DNA of 64,000 bases. It comes from Fistulifera solaris (Eukaryota). The position numbers were made by a program, and so were the translations under genes. The first letter of the stretch is position 1. Each line of letters opens with the position of its first letter. Below the pieces are notes generated by a model. The model saw nothing but the letters and a program-made list of their open reading frames with translations, was not told the DNA's origin and did no database searches. Location of the stretch: assembly GCA_030295235.1 (NCBI GenBank), contig AP026125.1, forward strand, positions 1,240,001-1,304,000, read 5' to 3'. This document shows positions 13,176-24,334 of the stretch, one piece after another.

Positions 13176-14718
13176 AGTATAAGCTGTCACTGTCATTTTG
13201 AGGATCGATGGGAAGGACTACATGTGAGATGACGAGAATCGATAGATATAAATGCTAAAGCACGAACGACGAGGAATGGTCAACATCAGACAACAATATT
13301 AACAGGAACAAAAGTTTTCTACATCGAGCCGTTGTAGACAAACCATTTTGATCGTCAAACTCTCGTAGCGAGCTGGGTGTGTTTGTCATCACTTGTTCAT
13401 GAACATTAGTCACCAGAGAATTAGGAGTCCATTGGAAAGACTCACCATTAGTAACGAGGTCCCATAGTCATCTTATTGTTTCAGGTCTTATCTGTTTTGG
13501 AAGAACGAGTATCGTTAGAATAGGTCACGTCAACAAAACAACAAGTATCCTTTCTTTTTCATGTTCGATCAAGCATGAAGCTTTACTTGAATGTTTCTCG
13601 TTCACATGCAGTCAGCCTGAGGCGGCATCCATCCAAGGAGGTTCATCATTTCGACAGTCAAGGAGCATTTCTTTGCCTCACACAACTCACCTAAGAGAAC
13701 TCGGAAGTGAAATAATGAAAAAGAAGGATTGTCTGGTAAAAAAAAGTGTTACTGTGAGTCAATCGGTTCAGTCGTTGATGTGCATTGTTGGTGTAGTGTT
13801 TGTCGAGCGAGTCAGTGTAACTATGACATAAAAAACAATCACTGCGTCGATGCGCTTCTGAAAAAAGCGTAAAGCATGTCGTCATTCTCACTCTAGGCAA
13901 GTACTATACATCGATCCGTTCTGATGAGACTGATTCATCAAGCACGTTGTGACAACGTATCATGAAGGGGAATCCGAAAATCTCTACTTCGTCCTTTCGA
14001 TGAAAATTGTCTAAAACATCCCACATCATTGATTACGAGTAATCGGGCGCTTACCTGGAGAATTACAAGAGAAATAGTCAGATTGCCGTGATTACAAATA
14101 ACTAAATGTTGTATCTGATAGTATAGAATCAGAAGTTTATTTGATATTAAAGACGCTCAGAAAACGTCACGAAAGTTGATGTTTTCCTCATTTCAGGTAA
14201 CAAATGCAATTTGTAATCCTCTGCTTACCTGTTTCTCAACTAACAGCATAGTGACAATTAAGTGACCATCAGTAGCCGCGTAAGCTGACTCTTGAATGAT
14301 TAATAAAAGAGCAGCTTCATGATGATTATTTGTGAAGAAGGATCTTGATCATGGTCGAAACGAAAAACGAATGAATGGTGGTGAAAGTGTGCCTATTATT
14401 TACTCCGTATTTGAATCTATCGTCTAACCGTGCATCCGTCGACTAATTCATGACTGAAATGCAGTCGTGGCGAAAAACGAAAAACGGACAACACTTTGGG
14501 GGTATAGTGTGAACGAAGAAGACACAATCACCCTTTTAAAGATTCCGGATTCCCTTCATGTTGAAGTTCCTTATTCCAGCACAAACGTTTTCGAGATCGC
14601 TTTTGCGCCATGAAGAAAAAGACGTGAAAAAGAAAAGAGGCTGCCAACCTCGTCAGTCGTTTCTCTTGTACTCGTTATAATTGCAATCTTCTTTCATTTC
14701 ACTTCAAGACTTCAAAAA

Positions 14719-15553
14719 ATGAAACTATCAAGAGCTACTATTTTCACTTGCGCCGTGCTGGCGAGCTCCAGTCTTGTGAGTGCTTTTACAACGCCTTCTT
14801 TTGCGGCTCGACCGACGAGTGTCGTATGCCGACCCATGACTGCGACGGCGGAAGCGACTTCTGCTGCCGAAGAAGCTGCTTCTTCTTCCGAAGATGCCGA
14901 AATTCAAATCCCTACCAACTTACCGTCTGCTTGCGGAATGGACTATGTTCCGCTGGCAACCATGCTGGCGACCGGAGATTTGGTCGCCGCCGATCAGGTA
15001 CGTTTTTCTTTCGACGACACGACGTTCAACTCTGTCTCTTGTTCCCGAATTGTCTACTTTATCAAAATAGAGTTGATGCAGTTGCTATAACTGAAAATGG
15101 CCGTGCTTCCTCCGGAATCTCAACACTTCGTTTCTTTTTATTTTCACAGTTCACTCGCGATGCTTTGATCGAAATTTCGGGCGCCAAAGCCAAAGGCCGC
15201 AATTTTGTTTACTTTACCGACGTCAAAAATATTCCCAGCACCGATTTAGCTACCATGGAGCGGCTGTGGAATAAATTTTCCAAAGGAAAGTTCGGATATT
15301 CGGTACAGAAAAGAAATGGAATCAATCCAAGGGAGACTTTGAGGTCTTTTGCCGAAAAATTGGCTGGACCACGACAGATGGGGAAGTAGAACGCAAAAAG
15401 CGCTGGTTTGGGGCGTCGGAATTCATCTATGATGTCAAAAAGGCACCCGAAGGACATTTGCCTCTGACCAGTGCCCTGCGAGGAACTTCATTGATCAAGA
15501 GTCTTCTGAAACACCCGGTATGGGACAACGAGGACTGGAAGAAAGAGCCATAA
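14719..15553 (+). CDS. GUN4: GUN4-like porphyrin-binding protein, plastid-targeted
   Basis: Signal peptide plus SAF motif (SSSLVSA-FTTP). DYVPLATMLA.GD..AADQ|FTR, D L.TMERLWNKFSKGKFGYSVQ, IGW and APEGHLPLT match the GUN4 domain. Intron 14998-15149; slip near 15310. Confidence 0.85.
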
Positions 15554-15632
15554 ATGAACGACAAAATAACAATAAAAACAATAGTTGACACTGACTACAA
15601 CTACAGTTGCTATATAATAATCAGTATCCGCT

Positions 15633-17681
15633 TTACTTGCTGTCGCTCGACATGGCGGCATCAAATTGGTCCGCCAGAGATCGGGCCGAGCGAAGCCAGA
15701 AATAAACTACCGCCGCCAAGACTACGGCAAGTACAGGAGTGGATGCTTCCAAGCTACCAAGGCCAAAAATTAATATCTGTTGGAGCAAAGCTCCGCCACC
15801 TTTCCCCAGCGGCATACCAGCCACGTCAATGGCCGCTTTTCCTTTCGTTTTCGAATCCTTGTCTAGCGGAATGTAAGCCATTTCCTTGCAAGGATCGAAG
15901 AGAGAATATTTGGACGCTTTGCAGGCAATGTTTTGAACAGCTCCTAGCAAAACAGCTAACATGAGCGGTGTGGTTCCCAAGGCCGCGGTAATCGGCGCCA
16001 GGGCGTCACGGAATATGCTAAGACCGAAGAAGCCGAGACCGGTGGCGCCAAGGACCTTTCAAAGGCGAAGCACAAAACAAAGAACATGGATCAGTCAAAC
16101 GCACTGTAAAATATCAATGAAAAATCCCAAGGCTTCGGAATCAAACTTACCGTTGGAGTAATCATCGCTGCCGTACGCCATCCGAACTTTTGAAAGATCA
16201 CTCGGCCCACCAACATCATCACTAACGTGACGACGCCAGTTGCCGAGGAGAAGTTTCCCATAAAAGACGAGTACGAGTTCGGGTCTGGAAAGGCCTGCTT
16301 TAATTTTGATTTCCAACTCACTTCAACAATATTGATAGCCAAACCGTACGAGATCACCAACACGGCCAAGTTTCGAATATAAGGACTATTCCTCAAGAAA
16401 TCAAAGGATTCTCGCATCGTCATTCGCTTTCGCTCTTTCGAAGGAGGCGATGAAGCAGCCGCCTTAGCAGCGTCTTTTGTGGATTGCAGTGTCGGAACGA
16501 CGTTGTCTTGGATGTGCTTGTAGCAGCCAACAATAATGCCGCCGCTGGCCAGCACAGCACCCATCAAAAAGCGCAACGACATACCCCACGCATCCACCTC
16601 CGGTCCGAATGACAGTCTCTGTCGACTAACCCATTTGTTATACTGTCCAGCGAGAATGAGGGCAACATTGGCTCCAAGTCCAAACAAAGGGTCTGAAAAC
16701 GGAAATCAAGTCGACAAGATGAGTCCAGCACATGTAAGTCAATTGAATAACAAAGACCATGAACGTACAATACTTTTTGGCCTCATCTACCGTTGTAATC
16801 TCGTTGGCGAATCCCCAGAACAATAATGACGCCACCACACTGCCCCACATTTCCGCCAAGACGTAAAACATGCTAAACGACCAATTCCGAACAATGGCCA
16901 ACGGCGCCGCAAATCCGAGTGGCAGTTGACTGGCGACGGCATCAATAAAGACATGCGGGTGCAAGACATCCCGCATGGGATAGAGTACGGTAGCAAAGAG
17001 GGTGAAGAACGTCAAGAAAGGGGCCACGCAAACGTAAAAAATGTTTTTGTGATCGAACCACTCGGTGAGTTTGACGTACAGCGTCGCGAAGCCGATGGCG
17101 ACAGGGAGGTTGACATATGTTTTAATGAATGGAATAACTGTATGGACGGAGTAAAAAGGAGTTCGTGATTAGGGTAATTCAAGCACTCGCACAAAATGCG
17201 GGCAGAAACAACGTACCTTCCGCTCCGGATTTTGGGGCAGTGACGAGCTATCGAATGACGAGACGACGAAATCGTGTGAGACTTTGGCGGACATGAATAA
17301 GCTGCAAAAGAAACTGACATTTCTTACCAGAACATCTTTTGTATCTCTTAAAATGGTGTAATTGAAAATGATAAAGAAGAACATGATGGCCAAAGGTAAC
17401 AATTTCTTGCGTTCTTGCGGTTCTGGGATGAGTGATTGTATTCGTCGACGCCATTTCGATCCCGATGACTCCTCGGGAATCCCTTCAGCTGCTGCAGCAA
17501 GTTTTGTGAAAGAAGCATGTTTGCTGGGTGCCTTTGTCGTTTCCTTTTGTCGCACATTAGGAAGAGCCGATCGAGAGAAAATCTTGGTCTGTCGCGATGC
17601 GTTGGCTGGAGCAATGAATGCATTCGAAGAACACAGCAAGAGCAGCCCGCCGGCTGTTATTACAGAGTGAATCGTTCGCAT
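15633..17681 (-). CDS. NTT: Plastid nucleotide (ATP/ADP) transporter, NTT/TLC family
   Basis: FNYTILRDTKDVL, FYVLAEMWGSVVASLLFWGFANEIT, INIVEVSWK, KYSLFDPCKEMAYIPLD.DSKTKGKAAIDV. N-terminal signal plus NAF motif. At least four introns. Confidence 0.95.
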
Positions 17682-18317
17682 TGAATGAGGCGATTGTAAA
17701 CCGAAAAGGTGTCTCTATCGTCGGCAATATCAACAACTCCTCTTTGTAATGCAATGGCGAAGCTTTTTGAAAATGGGTGGAAGGCTTTTCTATTGATGGA
17801 ACAACGCCATCACGTCCAACGCCTACGAGACCAACGTAGAGTACACAAACGATGATAGATGAAAAACATCACGCCAAGTCTGCGCATCATGACGGCGGTG
17901 TTCGACACTCACTCATGACTCACCAATCACGATTGTCAAAACCACGTGTACGTCAGATTTACACCCTCAATTCGGGATGACAAACAAAGTTTCTACGGGA
18001 CAATTTACCAGACGACACCGAGCCAGTCCTAACATGTGTCAAAAACAGTCCCTGTCTCTAGAGAGAGAGTGAGTACCTGGTAACTCATTCAACTTCGGTG
18101 CGGACGAACATGTCCGGGACTGGAAATACGTTGAGTCGGGGAAGCCGTAAACCAACATTCTGCAAGACAGTAACTCCTTAGTGCCACGTGGATGTCGCAT
18201 AGGTGACGACCTCGTCGCAATTGAAAACATGAAACAGCTCTATCGTTTTATTGTTGTTTTTGTCGAATATCAAAAATAAGGAAGACTATCCATTGAACCT
18301 TTGTAATTGATAATACA

Positions 18318-21300
18318 ATGAGGAACTCAATTTCTTATCTAGCATTTCTCATTGTTGCCTGGGGCTCTCAAATCTGCCAGTCTGCGTGGTTTCCCCGCCC
18401 CGTGGCCTTGACACCCCGATGGAATGGCGCATCGGATATTATTACTTCGATCCGAAGAGGAGGTGAACAACAAGACGACGCGGAACGATACAGTCGACAG
18501 CTGTATACATTAGGAGCTCGAGCGCAAAGTCTCATTCGATCTTCTCTTATTTATTTGGATGGACCGCCGTCTTCCGGTTTGCTTTACGAAACTGCCAAGA
18601 ATCTGGCCCTATCGGGTGTTCGACATATTGTCATTGTACAATCCGACGATGAAATGGATGCTCTTTATCACAATGAACAACTGGACGACTTAGGGAATGC
18701 TTACCAGCGTTCTATACGAGCAGAGCTGGAAGAATTGGGTCATTCAACAGAGGAAATTCCCTCGGGAGCGGAGCTTTTACTGCAATACATTCGTCGTCTC
18801 AATCCCGGTGTACAGGTATCGTTAGCACATCGAAACGAGTTACAGCAACAACTATCAAATCACGATGGAGAAATCAATCGCCGCGTACTGGTCAGTGTCG
18901 ATCGTCCGCCGCCGTCGAATTTGCAACTGAATCAACTGGCTCGTGAGAAGTATGTTGCGTTCGTGGCAGTCGAGACGGCGGGGGTCTTTGGACGTGTCTT
19001 TTGCGATTTTGGATCTTCCTTTCAAGTCGAAGATGCGGATGGTGAAACTCCACTGGTAACGCCGTTGGATAAAGTTGAGGAGGATGGTGATACCTTGGTT
19101 GTCAGTTGCATTTTGGGGGAGAAGCACGATGTCTCAAAAGGTGATCAGATTGAATTTCAGTTACGAAACGGTAGTGCTGTCGCGCAACGATGTGTCGTCA
19201 CCAACGTTTATAATCCCTTTCGATTTTCGATTCGGTTGGTAGAGGATTCGAGTCTTACGGAACGGCCTAGCTCTTCCGAGTTTGTTGCGTTGGTCAACAA
19301 TCAAGCGGCCTCGTTTCGACGAGTCAAAGTCCCACAAACAATCGAATTTCTATCCTTGGAGGAGGCTCTTACATCTGCTAGCTCAGATCCCTCTTTATTC
19401 GCTGCATGTGACTTGGAAAAAGTTTTGACGAGACTAGGAAATTAGCATCCATGGCGTGCTTTCAGGCTCTTCACGATTTTGTCAAGGAAAAAATTGTCAC
19501 CCACAATTTTCGGATATGAATGAATTTTGGGATATGTGTTTAATGGCATACCCTTCACTGGCAACAGTTGATCCAGAGGAAGCAAAATCACATCTCAAAT
19601 CGTTTCTGCGATGCTACGCGGCGAAACTCACGCCATTTTTGGCAGTTTTTGGGGCGATTGCTGCACAAGAAGCCTTGAAAGCATCTACAAGTCTGTATTT
19701 TCCAGTAAAGCAATTTCTGCTGTATGATTGCGACGAAGTGCTACCGAAGCTGGATCAAGATGAAGCCCGCAAAGGATCATCATGCTTGGTACCCGGGCTT
19801 CGCCATATACTCGGAGATGATATCGTCGACATTTTACAGTCCAAACAGTTATTTATAGTTGGCGCTGGAGCCATAGGCTGCGAACTACTGAAGAATTTGG
19901 CTTCAATGGGTGTTGGAACAAAGGGCGACGGAAAAGTGTGTTTGACGGACATGGATACAATTGAGAAATCGAATCTTAGTCGACAACTTCTATTCAGAGA
20001 CAATGATATCGGCGATTTTAAAAGTGCTGCCGCGCAAAAAGCAGCGCGCCGCTTCTTTCGTGATATCAATATTGAATCTCATACTAGTCGGGTAGGTGCG
20101 GAGGAAAGTACTCCGTTCGGTGAGTCGTTCTGGTCGAATCGTGTGGACGTTGTCCTGAACGCGCTGGACAATGTCGAAGCAAGGATGTTTATGGACGAAC
20201 AATGTGTCAAATACAGTAAAGCATTGGTTGATGCTGGGACGATGGGCTCCAAAGGAAACGTACAGGTAGTGATTCCGGATCAAAGTGAATCGTATGCGTC
20301 CAGTGTAGATCCTCCAGAACCCTCGATCGCTGTTTGCACGCTGAAAAATTTCCCATACGCTATTGCGCATACTATTGAATGGGCACGAGACCTATTTGAC
20401 GGACTTTTTCAACGACGGTGTGATCGCACCAACCAGCTTATTGCAAAGACTAAAGGCACGTCAATTGATGACATAGTCACTGAGTTACTTAGTGACAGCA
20501 GTGAGGAAGCAGTCCGAGAGATCGCTGTCGAAGTGAAGGAAGACCTTTTGGCACTTTCTATCGATGCTGAAAACGACTTGAAAAGTCTTGTTTTCAAATG
20601 GGCGGCTACGATGGCTGTCCAGTTTTTCTTGGTCGCCCCAAGGAATTTGATCAAAGAGCACCCTTTGGGAAGTCACGATGAAGACGGTGAAGCATTCTGG
20701 ACTGGAACCAGGAGACCTCCGCGGGAGTTGTCATTCTCTCCAGAAGATAATGGAGCTGATCAAACTGTCATTAATGCCAATCTTGTTGACTTTGTCCGAG
20801 AGGCGGCACGACTTCGATTCGAAGCGATAACGGGCAAAGTGTCAGCAGGAATAGACCCGATGTTTACCACAGAAGATGCTTCATCAATTTTGAAAGTCTA
20901 TTACGAGCAATATCGAAGTGAAACTGATGATATTGTCGAGTCAGAGACATCCGCAGAAGAAAGTTTGAGAGCTACTCTGGATAATGCAAGCTCACTTCTC
21001 TCTGACAAAAAGATGTTGGCCATCGATTTTGAAAAGGACGACGAAACCAACGGCCATGTCGCATTTGTCAATGCCGCCAGCAATCTGCGCGCAATTTCTT
21101 ACGGAATTCCGCCTGTAGATCAAATGGAGACTCGGCGAGTCGCAGGCAACATAGTTCCCGCTATGATAACTACCACAGCGCTGGTGTCGGGCCTCTCGTG
21201 TATCGAGCTACTCAAACTGTCGCAAAATTTACCACTTCGAAGCTATCGAAATGCTTTTATTAATTTAGCTCTCCCTTTCTTCGCATTCACGGTTCCTCTT

Positions 21301-21741
21301 CCAGCTGAGCCTGTTGCGATCTACAATGGGCGTTCTTACACAATATGGGACCGGTTGACGATTAAGGAAAGTAAAGTGGCTGCGGCAAAGGGAGGTATTA
21401 CGATGAGGTCGATGATGCGAAGACTAAGCGAGATAATATCCGGTGACAGCGAGAAAGTAGATATTTCTTCTGTATCGCTGGGACCTTATCTTCTTTACGC
21501 CAGTTTCTTGCATGAAGACGACGACGAAATACTAGACAAACCATTGTGGGAGGTAATCAAGAATGCGCTTGATGAGAGCCATTCTTTTGAAAATGAAAAC
21601 TCTCGTGGAGAGGACGCTTTTGGTCCTGCTAGTTCGCTCGTCGAAAACGGCACCGTTGATATCACCGTGACTGTTCTAGATGAAGATGGAGAGGAAATCG
21701 AGCTGCCCGCGGTACAGGTTGTCCGCCATTCTAGCGAGTAG
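18318..21741 (+). CDS. UBA1: Ubiquitin-activating enzyme E1 with N-terminal signal/bipartite presequence (candidate symbiont-specific SELMA sUba1)
   Basis: RYSRQLYTLG, VGAGAIGCELLKN, TDMDTIEKSNLSRQ, catalytic IAVCTLKNFP, FEKDD.TNGH, AGNIVPAMITTT. Hydrophobic leader MRNSISYLAFLIVAWGSQICQSA. Two A-run slips at ~19420 and ~19490. Confidence 0.9.
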
Positions 21742-22664
21742 CTAGACCATTTTCACATCCATTTTGAGTCGACGCTTGATTGCAATAGAGAAGAAAATCT
21801 ATGGGACCGGGGTTCAGTTTTGACCATCAACACAATTTCGTCGATGAAGGTGACGGCAATACCTTCCATCTGTCGCTTTGTCTTGTTATGTTTGGTGTAT
21901 CGAATGCGGTTCAATAGACTACTGGGCTAGGCTACAAATCATTCTTCTTGGACAGACTGAAATTGTTTGATGAAACCACTGCTTCTGCAACACGGCCAAT
22001 GTGATACGGCTAAAGACTTCGGCCTTTTCCAAGGATGTCGAAAAATGGATTGGACGTCATGAGGACAGTTACAAATACGGTCAAGCTCAAGAGCTAAGAT
22101 GTTTTCAAAGGCAGTTGTCTTTTTTAAAGTGAGACTATAAAATGAAAGAAGATTGCACTTGACACCGCAGCACCTCGAACAACATGAGCATTGCGTTGGA
22201 AAGTGGAGCCAATCCGCTGTTGAACACGTTGGCCGAGAAGTGGAAGAAGGGATAGACCAGTCAGATGATGTTGTAAATACAAATTGGTTTCAGCTGCAAA
22301 TATTATTGTTGCAATGTCTTTCTTTGTCTAATATTAGGAAACCTTGGCGTTTTTTATCCTCGAGACTTCTCTAGACAAAGCACTCCTGAATTTCTGTCTG
22401 CATCCAAGTACGAACAAATAAGCCTACTATAGTTGAAAGTGTACATCAATTATTCCACGACTGCGCACCAGTCATGAATCAGTATTCTTTCGAGCGAGAA
22501 TGCTAGGTCTACCTATAATTCGTTCGTTGTGCAAAAATTATTGAAATTGATTTGTTGTTGTTGCAGTGCCACATGCTTTAGCTTGAGTAGCATAGGCATT
22601 ACACGTCATTGTCTTCCGTACTTACTATGGACCAAAATGTTGTCCGTATTTCACCACGGCTGCA

Positions 22665-22950
22665 CTTAAAAAAAAAACATCCCCACATTTTCTGGGTACG
22701 TAAAAGCACCACATTCCCACATTTTCTGGGTAAGTCCAAGCAACCCACCTCCACATTTTCTGGGTATGTGAAAACAACACACCCCCACATTTTCTGGGTA
22801 CGTGAAAGCAACACACGCCCACATTTTCCGGACACGTGAAAACAACACACGCCCACATTTTCCGGACACGTGAAAACAACACACGCCCACATTTTCCGGA
22901 CACGTGAAAACATCACGCGCTCACATTTTCTGGGTAGGTGACAACAACAC
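22665..22950. repeat. 34-bp minisatellite (about 8 degenerate copies) upstream of the ATG6-like gene
   Basis: Unit cacgtgaaaacaacacacgcccacattttccgga, with CACGTG at 22833, 22867 and 22901 (period 34). Flanking copies are more diverged. Confidence 0.95.
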
Positions 22951-23039
22951 TTGTAAAAAACATTTTTTGTTTGATAAGAAGTGTTGATCAACGAGGATCA
23001 AACCCATCACAAACTGGATCTTGTCTTCCTTTCATAAAA

Positions 23040-24304
23040 TGACGAATGAATGCACTTGTAATTTCAGATATGGAGTCGAAGAAACGTCATCGCCGTTCAC
23101 GATGGATGCTTCCTTCGTCCACTTGAATGTTCCTTTGGAAGAAGAATCCCGGGTGGGGAAGAATTCTGTTTGCTCAGAATGGACGCGTCAAACAGATAAA
23201 TGGACTCGTGAAACTCCTCAATCGTGTTGTTGGGACTGTCTTTCGCGCCTGCAACAAGCTCTCGAGAAAGATACGGAACGGTTAGAGTACGAAAGTAATG
23301 TTTACTTGAATCACGCACAATCCTCCAGATTGCGTCAAAAACAGTGGCAACAAAAACTCGACGGCGAACTGACGCGCGAGCAGCTGGTGGAACAAGCAAA
23401 AGAATCTTATACGAGAGAAATTGATGAGATCACGCTGGCATGTGAGCAACTCGAGGCTGAATTCAAAGAACTAAAAATGGTTCGTCGAGAACTCGCCGCC
23501 AAAGCAAAGGAGCTCGATCAGGCAACAGAAGATATTCACAGAGCCCGAAACGATATTGAGCTTGCTGCCACTAGTATAGAGCAGGATCAAGAGAACTTGT
23601 ATCGAGCAGTGGCTTCCGCACACGAGCAAATCGATTGTCTGTCCTCGACTAAAATTCAACTCTACTCTCAGTCGTTTGACTTGCAAGTCGATCAAGAGCG
23701 CGGCCTTCGATACCCACTGATTAACGAACATCGTTTAGCATACCGTCCGAAAGGTGATGTCCATTGGGAAGAGATCCAAACGGCATGGTCATTAGCAGCA
23801 CAGCTTCTTTTAGTTGTTGCATCGACATTTCAGTTTCAATCACGACATTGGCGCATCGTCCCCCTAACTGACTGCGCTAAGTTGATATTCTATCCACCTA
23901 CACAAGACCAGAAGACCGTCCAAAACCCCATATCATATAACCTGGGACACCCAGAAACTCACAACGGCCGTTCCCTTTTGGCATGGAATGCTTTGTTGCA
24001 TAGCGTAGCTTCATGGGTTCTTACTCGAGGCAGTTCTGAAGGGACAAATGGGCCGCAACAGAAACGGGAATTCCGCCGTATTCCGTTTGAAATGACTCGT
24101 AACTCAATCGGAGACAAACTTATTTCGTCATTGCTGGATAATGACGACAGTGGATGGTCGATTGTTATTCATCGCATGTCATGCAACTTGCTGTGGCTAG
24201 CCCAATGCGCTAATGATCAGATTCTTGATCAGGTTATACTAAAGGCGACTATGTCGACCAGCAAGCGGACTAGTATAAATGATACAGCGGGTAATTTACA
24301 ATAG
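23040..24304 (+). CDS. ATG6: Beclin-1/ATG6-like protein
   Basis: C..C motif (CWDC), long coiled coil, then YPLINEHRLAYRP..DVHWEEIQTAW..AAQLL, which resembles the Beclin BARA signature GTINNFRLGRLP..PVEWNEINAAWG. Confidence 0.75.
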
Positions 24305-24334
24305 CTTTACTTTTATGATATTAATGCTCTGGGG

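Noticed and set aside
13915..13985. Hammerhead ribozyme-like CTGATGAG...CGAAA
   Set aside because: Stem II does not pair beyond the first base pair, and no convincing stems I and III were found.
13176..14718. Hidden gene in the 1.5-kb gap between SF3A1 and GUN4
   Set aside because: Only a 69-aa ORF with no recognisable motif is present, and no RNA gene signature was seen.
22599..22991. Cys-rich repetitive ORFs on both strands
   Set aside because: They are translations of the 34-bp minisatellite, whose period is not a multiple of 3.
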